This document shows, piece after piece, positions 9,392 to 21,630 of a stretch of 51,412 bases of DNA. The notes beneath the pieces are model-generated. The model was not told the DNA's origin. It was given only the letters and a program-made list of their open reading frames with translations, and made no database searches. The position numbers and the translations under genes were made by a program. How positions within the stretch are numbered: the stretch's first letter is position 1; every line of letters begins with the position of its first letter. Origin of the DNA: Nemertoderma westbladi (taxonomy: Eukaryota > Animalia > Xenacoelomorpha); contig JAUCBJ010007796.1 in the NCBI GenBank assembly GCA_032718475.1, positions 1 to 51,412 on the forward strand, given 5' to 3'.

Positions 9392-11577
9392 CTTCCAGAT
9401 CTACTCCCGTCATTCACGCTACCCTATCACCTACACTATCTCTCCCAGCATGGCCTATAGTATGTGCAGTAAGGCCTACAGTATGTCCTGCAGTCTGCCT
9501 GTCTCCTTCCGGACCGAACTTTACTCTTTTTAGTCCTCCCCGCAACTACCGTACTCTCGATCGGCAGCTATATCCCGTCGGGAAGTTTCTCTTCGATCCC
9601 CTCTTCTGCTCTCTTCCTCGTATCGGTACATCCTGTACTCCTCTCCTGGCGTGCGGTGCGTCTCTCCGGGGCGACGGCAATCTCCCGGAGTTCGACCCCA
9701 CTGACTGCCTAACCCCATCTCTACTACCGACGGTTCACTGTCCGTCCTTGCTCTCTGGTTGCTCATAGCAACGCTTCTTCTATTCTTTTCACTTCTTCTC
9801 TCTCCAGTGTAGCGATCCCGCTCACGAGATCTCTCTTCGACCTCCCGGTTAAACTCTACTATTCTTCTTCTTTCTTCCGTCTGACGTCTTCTTGCTCGCC
9901 TGCTCTTGGCGTCAACATCTATCTCTCTGTCCGGCTAGACCCTCCTGGGGATACTCGTCATCCCCCTACTATTCTCTGTCGTCGGGTACCACGGTTCACC
10001 TAACTCGCCCCGCGCATTTTCCGCCAACGCTTGTGGGGTATTTTCTGCCCCCCTCTCACCACTAATCTCTCTAATCCTACTAATCTCTAATCCACTAATC
10101 TATTTAAATTTAAATTATTATTCGAATTATTTTGAATATTTGAATTAGAATTATTATTTTGTATATTTAAATTAATATTATTATTTGGATTATTTGTATT
10201 TAAATTAGAATTACTGGCTAAAACATTATTTCCTGCAACGAAAGTTTGGTTAGGGTTGTCTACTACGGTACTATTAATATTAATTTCTTCTAACGTTTAT
10301 TATTACCCCCCCCCCCCCCCCCCCCCGCCCGTACGGTTACACCAGTCCTGGGTCTGTCGTCCGGTCCCTGTAAGTGGGGTATTAACAAACGTTTCCATTA
10401 CTTCTGGCTCCTCGTAAATACTACCCGAACCAGCCTCACTCTCAGATAGCCCCAACTGCGCCAGTTCTAATCGGCGCTTTTGCTTGGCCTGATATTGCAT
10501 AAGCCCCCTTAACCGGGCATGCATATCATCCCGCATACGCTTTCCCGCTCTCTCTCTCTCTCTCTATCCTCTCGCAAACTTTGGTTCGCTAATTCTTCCT
10601 TCCTCGCTTCCCGCTCTCTACAGTTTCTCGCCACCCTCTCGGCCCTCTCCTTACACTCTCTTGCTAACTCTCTCTCTTTCTCTAATAATGCAGTTCCCTC
10701 GTCCAACTGCCTCTCTAATTCTTTCTGGTCTAGCGCCACCATGTCTAGTTGACACGCCAGATCTATCTCTAACACCCTTCTTGCTTTCGCGGAGGATGTA
10801 GCGGACTTATCGGTCGCGACGGACTCCCGTCGCTCTCTCTGTCCTACTAACTTTCCCCCGCTTTCTGGGGTTCTCGCTAACCGACGAGACCGAATCCTCG
10901 GGGTTAACCTCGGGTTCGCCCTCGTGCGGATCTGCCCAACCCACTAACTTAATTCCCCTAGCATCCACTAAATACGGCCCTACGTACACTACTTCAGGCT
11001 CCATAACCCCGGATCGCCACAGTTTGAATAGTTCGGTGGCGACCCCCCTCGCTCTCTCACTCGCCAGTTCTCCCTGCCCGAAACGAACTAGATACCGAAA
11101 GTGTTTATTCGACTCACCTAGCCGCTGGCTCAACTTTCCCTGATTTACCTTCTCTCCCTCTTTGGCCTCCTTCAACAGTTTCTTAGTGGCGTTGTAGGCC
11201 CGTCGAAGCCGATCGCTGGTCCCGACGTCCTCTTCGCCGACATCTCCTCCTCCTCTCCTGGTTCGGCGTCGTACCGGCGGCCCCACCGTCGCCGTTCCGG
11301 TGGGCCGTCCGTCGCCCTCGGCCTGTGGCTGGCCGGCGACTTCGGTACTCCGACCGCCGTCGTGCGTCGACTCGTCCCTTCCTCGTGGTAGACGGCCGCC
11401 CTCCGCTTGGGCTACCGGATCGTCCCTCGTCGGCGAATCCGGCGTCGCAGGTCGATACCGTCGCGTCGCGGCCTCACGGATCGTTTGGTTGGTATCGTCC
11501 GGGGTCCGCGGCGGTGTCCTCTCTCCCTCTGATAATCGGGGCCTCCTGTCGCTCATCTTTACTTGCTCTGCAGTCAC
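9392..11577 (-). pseudogene. Frameshifted N-terminal extension of the same Gag ORF (Arg/Pro-rich, E/R coiled-coil, Gly run, Asn-rich, RS-rich segments)
   Basis: Successive minus-strand ORF pieces 11577-10807, 10775-10509, 10536-10303 and 9766-9530, plus a hand-read Asn-rich frame at about 10295-10090 (TLEEININSTVVDNPNQTFVAGNNVLASNSNLNTNNPNNN). Breaks often fall in AG repeats or homopolymers. Confidence 0.65.
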
Positions 11578-11603
11578 AGTTGTAGTGTTGGGTAATCTCT
11601 CAC

Positions 11604-12211
11604 TGTGACGGGATCAAGGGATCCCGACCAGATGAATAACTACGCGTCACCGTTTGTAGTAGTAGCAGGGTTGTTAAATATAGAGTATAGAGTTCGTTGT
11701 TGTTTCTTGAACAATAACTGAATAAATACGGATGTTATAGATAGCACAATAATGTACTGGTAGTACAGATATTGATGGATACCGGTATGAGTGTGATATA
11801 GTTGTGATATATTGGTGATGGTGAGATTGTCACCGGTCTGCACTAAAAACCAATAACTGAATAACTGATTACAGACCGGTAGCAGGATAATATATATGTA
11901 TTACATTACTATCATGCTGTGGCCTCTTCACCTAGTGGATGCTTCCTTCGCCCCTATTGGCTAATAATCTACTTCACGCCTCTCCCCTCTCTGGGAGTGT
12001 TTCCCCCTGCTGTTGGCCCCTGCTGGTTGTTTCCCCTTCCGAGGTGGTTTGACCTCTAACCTCCCTTTGTGTGTGGCTTTGGGGTTGTGTTCTCCCCAGT
12101 GTTGGTTGTGATACGAGATTGGTTATTGCCAATCTCGTATCTCCAACATTGCTGAAAAGGTGCCACTTCCCATTTTATGAGGGTAATGCGGCGGAATTGA
12201 ATCCGCTTACA
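11604..12211 (-). repeat. 5' LTR (608 bp)
   Basis: TGTGACGGGATC...ATCCGCTTACA followed by TSD TTCCC. Confidence 0.95.
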
Positions 12212-14404
12212 TTCCCACGGTCCGGATTAAAATTGCTAAGGCCTAGAGGGGCAAGTCAGCCTTAAGGGGACGGACCATTATCCCAACACAAGTGAAAGTT
12301 TCGAAAATTTACAAAAATTAAAAAAATTTTTTTTATGTTTTTGTAGTTTGATAGAAAGGCAACTTCCATATAGTGATATCGGTTTTCAACATTGAATTAT
12401 TTTTTGACCTCAAAACTGCTCTTTTCAACAACATAAATATATTGCTGATATTCATGACTCTGTATAAAACAACCTTTTTATCTGTTAGTTTGTCAATTTT
12501 GACTTTTTACATCACTAAATTTCCTACTACTTTTTTATTTTATATTGAATTGTCATCAAACATATACCAAAATGTTCAGCAGCTTTAGGGCTACAATCAT
12601 GAGTATTGGTTTTTTAAAATAAGGCAATTTGGATCTTCTAGAAACAATTTTGTATCTGCTACCCTTTATCTATCACAAAGTATCAGATTCCAAAAATACA
12701 GCCCGGACATACTAACCCCCATAAATTTTTCAAAAACAATAATTTTGTGCCAAAATTTGAATAGAAGATAGCCTACATATCTAGGATCATTTTACCAAAG
12801 TCTTGGACCACGGGGTGCGGGGGGGGGGGGGGTGGTCGGTATAGAAACGGAGGAATAGAAAAGCCAGCAGCTATAGAGGAAAATCAGCCTCTCCCACCTC
12901 TCTTGATACTCCCCAAATACTTACACGAATATCGCAGTACTGTATTAGTACATAGAACCACACTCATGTCTGCCAGTCCATGTTACTGTGTTAGTCTTAG
13001 TAGTAGTCTCAAATTTCCCGCCTTGTAACGATCAGTTTGTGGTGGCTTAATTAACTCTTAATAATTTCATTATTAAGATTCTTTGTTTTATAATAATTAA
13101 TACCTTATTTATATTATTAAAAAAAACAAATAAGCAATAATCATATATATTATTACATTATCAGTACTTTAATAGGAACACAGGGTATATCCATTATCGA
13201 TTCTGTACACCAAATATGCATCCTAAACATCATAAAGCTAATACAGTAGGTTATTAACATTATTATACTGTTCGGAAAGTCCATGATAATTAATTTTACC
13301 CATAACAACTATTAATGTACTGTACCAACATACAGCACCACAAGTTTGCTGCCTAGGGCCTATACCTACTAAATAAAATTCGGCTGTGCCATCTTTCAGT
13401 AACATCTACGATGTCAGTATAATATCAAAGCTGTAAAAAAATTCATATTATGATGAAACATATATGTTTCACAAACAATTCGAATTCACAAACAATTTTA
13501 ATATTGGACTAGACTGTGAAGTTCTGTTCTTTAAGAGTGCGATTTAAATGGAATTGTTGGAAACTGAAATCCACAATTTACTAATTGTTAGGCCGAAAGT
13601 AATGGGGCGGGGGGGGGGGGGGGGGGGTATAATTCCTCATTAGAGATTAGCCCCAATGTCCCTCTCGTCAACCCAAGGTGTTGACGGGACATTGGGGATC
13701 TTGTTTAGTACCAAAAATATTTTAAATTTTATTTAAAACCAACAAAAAAATATATCAAAGAATGAAAACTAAATTTTACTTTTTAACAAAATACTTTGTT
13801 AATATTACTGTAAGAATTTGCTTTAAAATAAAAAATTTATTTGCATAATTATCACAAAAGTACCTTTTTTATTCTTTGCTTTTGTAAATACGCTAAAAAA
13901 ATATCTGTATTTCTATAAAATGCAAAATAATTTATTAAACAAATTTTAAATATGAAATATAACAATATATTTATGGTATTTAGCTATTAATAGCTGTTTT
14001 GTTTATACTATTAATATATTTACATAATATAATTAATATTATTATTATTTAGTATAATATATTAAAGATTCAATACTAAATTGTGAATTTAATTTGTTCA
14101 ATTAATAAAATAATTTCTGCTCATGGCAATATCGAACCACAAATAATTAATACATGGGCATACATTTAAACCAATACGATGTCATAAATGTTAACACAGT
14201 AACTGAATATAGGCACAGAAGAAAATCGATAGAAAATAAAATAATAATAAATAAAATTTAGTATCTTTCTTAACGAAGAGACCTAAATTACGACCGTTGA
14301 CCAAATTGCAGCAAATGAAAATTTATAGAACTCTCCCCATATCAAAATAGTGTAAAAAAAAACCGGCCTCTTTTTTTAAGGCCAAATCGATAACATGTTA
14401 GGCC

Positions 14405-14780
14405 GTATATATAGTAGGTCATGAACTACCTATAGGATAAACAAAATGTTCCAGAATATTATGTATTTATTAATAGAATAAATGGCGTGCAGGGGAAGCA
14501 AATATATGCAACTTTCGAATGCCCATATCTCAGCTATTTCCTAACCAAATTAAAATGTTTTTACATTATTGGAGTCCTTGCAAACCCTTTTTCAAACGCT
14601 TGTAGCCAAAGATTGAAAGCAAAAATAAAAATTCTGGCTCACCCACGGAGGAGGAGGGAGGTGAAACCAGTTATGTTTCAAATTACACCCAATCTTATTC
14701 AGATTTGAAAAAAAATTGGAAGGGGGGGTGTGGTATCTCAATAAAGACACTATATTCTAGGACATAGTGTATAGTGTATA
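14405..14780 (+). mobile_element. Diverged half copy of the mariner-like MITE family seen at 46430-48125
   Basis: Shares CCCATATCTC.GCTATTT, AAACGCTTGTAGC.AAAGATTGAAAGCAAAAATAAAAATTCTGGCTCACCCA and GACACTATATTCT.GGACAT.GTGTATA with 47050-47200 and 47920-48129. Confidence 0.75.
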
Positions 14781-15419
14781 CATACAGACATAAAGTTCAC
14801 AACAAAAACACACAAAAAGACACAACAAAAAGTTCGTGTGAAAAACATTATAATTATTTTTCGCGTCAGCGAGGTTAATAAAGGGTCGAGAGAATATTGA
14901 AAAATAAATGGTTCTACGTTTTTTTCCGATGTAAGACGTAATTTTATTCTCAAATTGGTACTTTTTTGTTGCTCAATTCTTTAAAAAGACGTACAGCAAT
15001 ATAGTGTTATATAATAAATTAAACTATAGTATTTGACTATATAGCTTCCATGGGTACTGCTATTGTATTTACTGTACTCTTCAACTCATGATGATGCCTT
15101 ACTCAATGTTAAATCATTTATATGTTCTCGAATATTTATTACGTAACTAGAGAGCCGCTTAACTACATAAACCAATATTGGATATTGAGCTCCGTTTTGG
15201 AGTCGACCCACAGACTCTAAATTTGCAATAACTTTTGTGTTTGTGCATGGATTTTCCTCAAATTACGTACAAACCTATTCTACGTCGATGTTCTTTCAAC
15301 ACATTTAATAATATTCAAGAAATTCCACTAAAAATATTTTACTTTACTTTTTTCCCTGGGAAAAAAAGTAAAAGCAATGCAATCCTATGGGTTACTTTTT
15401 TTTCCCTGGGGAAATTAAG

Positions 15420-15800
15420 ATCTTCTTTTGCTTTCTCAACCTTGTTCCGTTTTCAGTTCTGCGTTTCTGCCATTCATAATTGATTCGATTACTTGTCCTG
15501 TGTTTGTTGGCTCTCAAACTGAGTCTGATCTCTGTAGTTGCCAATTAGGTTGAACGAGCTGTATGCCTCGCAGTTAATCATGCCGTTTCTCCACTATTAG
15601 TTTATAAGGATATAATCCGGCTGTGCTTTGGGTCCAGATTAAGGTATTGAAAGGTCCATAGCTTCCCCTTACTCTTTTCGAATGTGTTGTTTGTTGGTAT
15701 CAATTCACATTCTTCCATTAGGTCAAAGAGTAAGCATCCAATTCTGTTTCAACTTCTGTTATAGCAGGTGTTATATTAATCACTAAGATACAGTTCACGA
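15420..15800 (-). pseudogene. Decayed RTE-type LINE endonuclease (APE) fragment
   Basis: Hand translation across stops and frameshifts gives NNTFEKSKGKLWTFQY, AQPDYILIN**WRNGMINCEAYSSF and IRLSLRANK, which parallel the APE motifs of the RTE at 25200-25450. Confidence 0.7.
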
Positions 15801-16109
15801 TATTTCAGTGCTCAAATTTAAATTGGATGTTAGTAAGAAGCAGACAACGAAACATACCAACTCATTGCACTGCGGTTTACACTATATGATTACAGGCGGG
15901 GGCCGCTGAAGTTTAGCAAGTAGTATTTAAGAAGTTACAATAAATATATATATCCTGTAATACATTATTAAAGTGGAATTAAATTAATAATATGTAAAGA
16001 ACTGATTTGATGATGGGGCCAAAGATACAAAACATTTGTGCTTCAACAGTTGAATTTGAAACATGTGACTGAATGATTGATTGCGTACAGAGAAATTAGA
16101 TATTCCAAA

Positions 16110-16754
16110 ATGTCAATTATAATATCCATTAGTTTATCATTATGTTATGTAACTATTTGTTTAGGAGTCTCTTGTGAAGTTGGAAGTACCGTTTTCGCAA
16201 AGTCTGAAAATGAAGAACTGCAAAGCTATTTTAAAGATGCCATGGTGAACCTCATAGTTATACAAAACGACCATTGGTTCAACAATACATGGATACATCC
16301 AACAGACTGCGGTTCTTGCGGCATCATACATTTCAGATTCTCTGCAATTCCTGGAGATGAATTCGACGCCAAGGATGAGGTTAAATTCTATTACACGGTG
16401 ATGGACTGTTGGGACAAGTGTTGAGAGCTAAACGAGCCTACATGCATGCTACAATACAACATCGCTGTTGAACGAGACCAGGGTAGTATGTCGGAAGATT
16501 TCTATCTTTATATAAGAATAGTTCGGTGGTTGGAGGGTTTTTTTACCGAAGGGACAGAAACTTCCTGTCAAGTGCAATGCTGCAACGGTACCGGTACCGA
16601 ATGTCCGTCTGTGACGTGGAATGATGATGCCTTTGCATAAACCACAAGCATGGTTGCCCTGGAAAAGACCTCAACAGAAACAAACGGATCTGATAACATC
16701 GATCTGACCTTTCAGTTAATAGCTGGAATTCTACTTTCTGTTATTATCTTCTAA
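16110..16754 (+). pseudogene. Intronless secreted, GPI-anchor-type Cys-rich (Ly6/uPAR-like) gene with two in-frame stops
   Basis: One frame of 214 codons: signal peptide MSIIISISLSLCYVTICLG, 10 Cys in the mature region ending CQVQCCNGTGTEC, S/T-rich linker, hydrophobic tail LTFQLIAGILLSVIIF*. Internal TGA at 16422-16424 and TAA at 16638-16640. Confidence 0.7.
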
Positions 16755-17790
16755 GTTTGTTGCAAATCCACTATTGGTGGCATCGGTATTATTCTACGAA
16801 TATTTGTGTATTATAGTTAGCCGAAACGATTGAGTATTATGACTCTATGACTATTATTATAAGGCAACCCCGCTCGTATTCCATCTATCATAGCCGCCAC
16901 TCTTACATACGACATTGAAATAATAGACTCCTTAATTCTGGTGCATTTGTATCCAACAGTAATAATAGTAATTAATTAGTAGTATGATTAATGTAAATAA
17001 TCAATACAGCACAAAATTCATATCGGAATATTAAATGTAATACATTGGTAGCTAGCAATTTATGTAATAATATTATTTAGTTCAAAAATAAATATGACTT
17101 CTTTGATCAGCTGATCGAGGGAGGTGAGCAGGCCTTGTATTACGGTATATAAAAATAAACAAGTAAAACCTCGAGTCTTTACTACACCCCACTAGTAACA
17201 GGTTTTACCTGTTTTTTTTTTATATACACAACAAGCCCCCTGTTAGTCAGTATGTCGCGTGCGACCTTTAATTATATTACGATGGCCTTTATAGAAGCCA
17301 CTTTGGAAAATCCATCCTTATTGAATTTTGACCCGGCAGTGGCGGGGCATTCGTTATTCCCTAGTTAGTTTGTGAAAATTCAAAGTAAAACTTTCATCGA
17401 TAAGCAAAAAAAAAAAATTTACCGACCTTCCTTCAGTTGAGCCAGATTTTAGATTTTGTTCAATATATACGAATCCAATGGTTCTAACGTTGCCTTGAAG
17501 GTCTCTCTACACCCATTATTAACTCAACTATTGATATTTTATTGTTATTAATATCATTGCTAGGGTTCATAAAATTCAAATTTGAAAACAAACAAAGTCC
17601 TATAATATATTGCTAAAAATTTTTAAATATAATGGTCCGGTGACCTGAATTTAAAACATTTACAATCCAAACTTGTTTTTCCTCGATGGAGCATAAAAAT
17701 ATCACTATTTAAAATGGAAATTTGAAAAAATGTGAATTAAGGACCACACTAATAGACTACTGTAATTGTCTTCCTTAAATATTTTACTGT

Positions 17791-18499
17791 AAGTATATCA
17801 TATTTGGTAAGTTTTAAAGTCATATACCATTATAAATGGCCCTGATTAAATAAATAAAAATTGAAAAAATAAATTACATTTTGTTTAAGAAATAAATTTA
17901 GAATTCAAACTGAAATAAATGACTTGAATGACAATGTGTACCGGTAGTGGTAGTTATAGATGTAATTCAGTTTTGATGTTATATTTTGAGTGCATGTTTA
18001 TTATTTTGTGTTCTTGGATGGTGCATTTATTATACGTTACTAATAACATATTGACAACTTAAATATAACTTTTAACAATATTCAGGACCAGTACCGGGAC
18101 GAGACAAAGGTTAGACCCAATAAGTCATCCATCAGTTGATCGGCGGCCGGACAAAGGATATATCCATTAAAGTTAAGAGCGAGTCAATGATAAACCCATT
18201 TAGTGTAATATAGGTGGTAAAAAGAATGATAAATTAAGACGTGCCACTATAAACCCAGAGCAAGACCAAGGATGGACACATAAGGTTGTCAGCCTAGGAG
18301 TTGGCATGGACTAAACTATCTATCTAATATCGGCACTCTGCATTGCTACTATTCAGCTACATTAACAGTATGGTACTAAACTGTAGGGTACATTTGAGTA
18401 TAATCCGTACCAATACAACTGAAATCTCGTGAGCTCGACTTTTCAGCTCTTAAATCTCGTGCTCACGACTTTTCAGCTCTGAGTGTTCGTGCGCACGAC
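17791..18499 (+). repeat. Left copy of a ~700-bp long-range inverted repeat (partner 48142-48953)
   Basis: Near-identical reverse complement by eye, e.g. CCCAGAGCAAGACCAAGGATGGACACATAAGG versus CCTTATGTGTCCATCCTTGGTCTTGCTCTGGG. Confidence 0.92.
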
Positions 18500-19410
18500 T
18501 TTTCAGCCCTCAAATCTCATGCACACGACATTTCAGTGTTAAACTGAACTCTGGTACCAGTACGTATGACTTTTCAGCTCTTAAATCTCAAGCACACGAC
18601 TTTTCAGCTCTTAAATCTCATGTGCATGACATTTCAGTGTTAAACTGAACTTTGGTATGTATGACTTTTCAGCTCTTAAATCTAATGTGCACGACTTTTC
18701 AGCTCTTAAATTTCGTGCACCCGCCATGTGAAGAATGCCAGTTTCTCACTAAAAACCCATGTTACTATGGTGGTTCTGATGGGCCATCGCATGATTTTAT
18801 TTTTTTCTTTATTACTGAAAAGTCACGCGCACGAAATTTAAAAGCTGAAAAGTCGTATGTACAAGAGCTCAGCTTAACACTGAAATGTATGCGTATGAGA
18901 TTTAAGAGCTAAAAAGTCACACGTACCAGATTTCAGTTTAACACTGAAAAGTCGTGCGCTTGAGATTTAAGAGCTGAAAAAGTCACACGTACCATATTTC
19001 AGTTTAACACTGAAAAGTAGTGCGCTTGAGACTTAAGAGCTGAAAAAGTCATACGTGATAGATTTCAATTTAACACTGAAATGTCGTGTGTATGAGATTT
19101 AAGGGCTGAAAAGTAGTTCATACGAAATTTAAGAGCTGAAAAGTCGTGAGCACGAGATTTAAGAGCTGGAAAGTCGTGAGCATGAGATTTAAGAGATGAA
19201 AAGTCACACGTACCAGATTTCAGTTTAACACTGAAAAGTCGTGTGCTTGAGATTTAAGAGCTGAAAGTCATACGTAATAGATTTCAATTTAACACTGAAA
19301 TGTCGGGTGCATGAGATTTAAGGGCTGAAAAGTTGTTCGTACGAAATTTAAGAGCTGAAAAGTCGTGAGCACGAGATTTAAAGCTGGAAAGTTGTGAGCA
19401 TGAGATTTAA
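18420..19410. mobile_element. Foldback-like structure: ~30-bp subrepeat array, ~95-bp spacer, then the inverted array
   Basis: GACTTTTCAGCTCTTAAATCTCGTGC.CAC units at 18420-18720; the reverse-complement units GAGATTTAAGAGCTGAAAAGTCGTG at 18815-19410. Confidence 0.8.
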
Positions 19411-19884
19411 GTTATTATTTTCTATTTATTATTTATTAAATCTAAATCTAAACTCTGATAGTGAATTCTATATTCTTTTGAGTATTCCATTACATTTAGA
19501 AACTATTTAAAATCATTATTTGAAATTTACACCCTATTCAGGACAGAAACACCCTATACGGGACACAAACAACCTATTTGGGACAAAATTAGATTAACAC
19601 TTTGACTGTCCACTTTATATGTATGGAATCTTCAAAATTGTCCCGCTAATATTTATAAATTATGGGGATTTCATTCACTTTGAGTGCTATAAAAACATAA
19701 AATAGGTTGTGTGTATGTGTCAAAAAGAAAATTCAATCGTGACGCATTGAATTTTGCATTGAATTGAACTACAAATGGCAGTTTACCAAAATGACTCAGT
19801 GACGCAAATATGCACCCTTACAGTTGGTGCATTCCAATAGTGCAGGATTAAATTCGAGTAAAGGCTGTAGAAATTCCACACTGC

Positions 19885-20170
19885 AGGGTGTCTGGTGTGT
19901 CTGCAGGGTGCTGCTGGGTGGAGGCAAGGTTGGTGTGTCTGCAGGGTGGTGCTGTGTGGAGGCAAGGTTGGTGTGTCTGCAGGGTGGTGCTGGGTGGAGG
20001 CGAGGTTGGTGTGTCTGCAGGGTCGTGCTGGGTTGAGGCGAGGTTGGTGTGTCTGTAGGGTGGTGCTGGGTGGAGGCAAGGTTGGTGTGTCTGCAGGGTG
20101 ATGCTGGGTGGAGGCAAGGTTGGTGTGTCTGCAGGGTTGTGCGGGGTGGAAGCGAGGTTAGTGTGTCTGT
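19885..20170. repeat. G-rich minisatellite, ~39-bp unit, about 7 copies
   Basis: TGGTGTGTCTGCAGGGTGGTGCTGGGTGGAGGCAAGGT iterated. Confidence 0.95.
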
Positions 20171-20797
20171 GCAATGCCAGAGGTAAAATGGAAACCAGGC
20201 TTCTATGTGGGGAGTAGAAAAGTATTGGGTAGTTTTGGAGTGTACTCCAAAGGGAGTTAGTGTGGCGACATCCCTGTTTTACATGTAATAGCCTAGAGAA
20301 AGAGCCTTTGGGTTGTGCCTGGTGTTCTCTGTTTCACACTCACTCACCAAAACTTTATTATAGATTTCATATTCTGGCACAATTACAAAGCTATCTAGTT
20401 GCCTCCAAATCCTGAATCTCGGTAAATTTTTTATATCTTTTAAGACATTGTGCAGTGGTCATATGACGCATATATGCGTCATGGATGATGTTAAAAAATG
20501 AGTTTGGGATCTGTTCACAAGGGGGCACATGAAATTTTAACTAATCACCTACCATTTCCTATGCATCACAGTTTGAATCAATGACGGATATATGCGTCAT
20601 GAGGCTATTTTGGACTCAATCAACCTATATGGGACACAAACACCCTATATGGGACACTAACAACCTATTTGAGGCAAATTGAAGACTTAATAAGGACTAT
20701 TTGGGATAAAGTTGAGCCTGGGGGAGGAGGGTGTGATATCACTAATTTGATTGTCATTTAATTATTATTATACGAATGTATTTAGATTTATTATAAG

Positions 20798-20886
20798 TGA
20801 ATAAATTGCACCACATGAATAAATTGCACAACATGAATAAATTGCACAACATGAATAAATTCCACAACATGAATAAATTCCACAAT
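20798..20886. repeat. 18-bp tandem repeat, about 5 copies
   Basis: ATGAATAAATTGCACAAC iterated. Confidence 0.9.
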
Positions 20887-21529
20887 ATGAAATGTTATTC
20901 CCCATTTATAAGCGGGTGAAATATCATTTCTAATAATGGGCTACCTAAAAAATATCACTTTTTGCCCACGGGAAAATATCAGTGATATTCCCGCGTTGCT
21001 ATGCAACTGCCAATTATCCTAGGCCTAGCACTTTTAGCAAATCAGATTGTCAGAACCTACCGGTACCACAACACATTTTTGTATCATTATCCATTGTCTG
21101 AAATTGAAAGTACCAGACCGGTACGGTACCACCCAGCCTTAGCCAGGCAGTTGGCTGACCAAGCTGCTTGGCATGGTATACAGGTATAGGCTTAGTACTG
21201 GTACGGATTCCAGGACCGGTACCTGTGTGTGGTATGATTTGTTCATTACTTAATTGCTGTCCGACTGCCTGGGGGATAAAGTACGTACAGCAGGCTAGGT
21301 AGGCTCTACAGTACATATTTCGTGCTCTTTCAGTCTTTATGTTTAATATATAAGTTGGACGACGTACGGAAATGAATATTGATTTTCTTTGAATAATAAT
21401 AAAGCTGGCTTCAAGTAAAACTGTTGTTTTGTAACTACAGTAAGCTATTGATTACGGTAATGTAACACGGAAACAGTCTTTATATATAGACCTAACGAAG
21501 ATTTATGCGAAACGGAACGGGAATGCACA

Positions 21530-21630
21530 GTTCCTTGGCCACATTCCCGGACTCGGACCCACGACATCTGGAGTCAGAGACCCGAGTTCAAGGCTCCGAT
21601 ATAATTAAACTGTTAAACCACTACACAATG
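21530..21630 (-). mobile_element. Possible tRNA-derived SINE head
   Basis: Minus strand TGTAGTGGTTTAA...CTGACTCCAGAT...GGGTCCGAGTCC resembles an A box, a tRNA-Trp anticodon arm and a degenerate B box. It does not form an intact tRNA. Confidence 0.3.

Larger units (their letters stand above)
4961..12211 (-). mobile_element. Complete non-autonomous BEL/Pao-derived LTR retrotransposon (Gag plus protease only), 7251 bp
   Basis: Two ~600-bp direct repeats with TG...CA ends, 5-bp TSD TTCCC (4956-4960 and 12212-12216), polypurine tract next to the left LTR, BEL-type gag and protease motifs, and no RT, RNase H or integrase motifs. Confidence 0.92.

Noticed and set aside
11604-11634. TGGTCGGGATCCC after ...TTCA as the true PBS
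   Set aside because: The segment is present in both LTRs (CGG in the left one), and the TSD abuts the TGTGAC end, so it is inside the LTR.
18420-19410. CRISPR-like regular ~30-bp repeats
   Set aside because: No unique spacers, the array is inverted on itself, there are no cas genes, and the context is eukaryotic.
19783-20174. Repetitive Pro/His/Thr or Gly/Trp/Cys ORFs
   Set aside because: Translations of a 39-bp minisatellite that is open in several frames on both strands.
21530-21630. tRNA-Trp gene
   Set aside because: No acceptor stem, the spacing is disrupted and the B box is degenerate; at most a SINE head.
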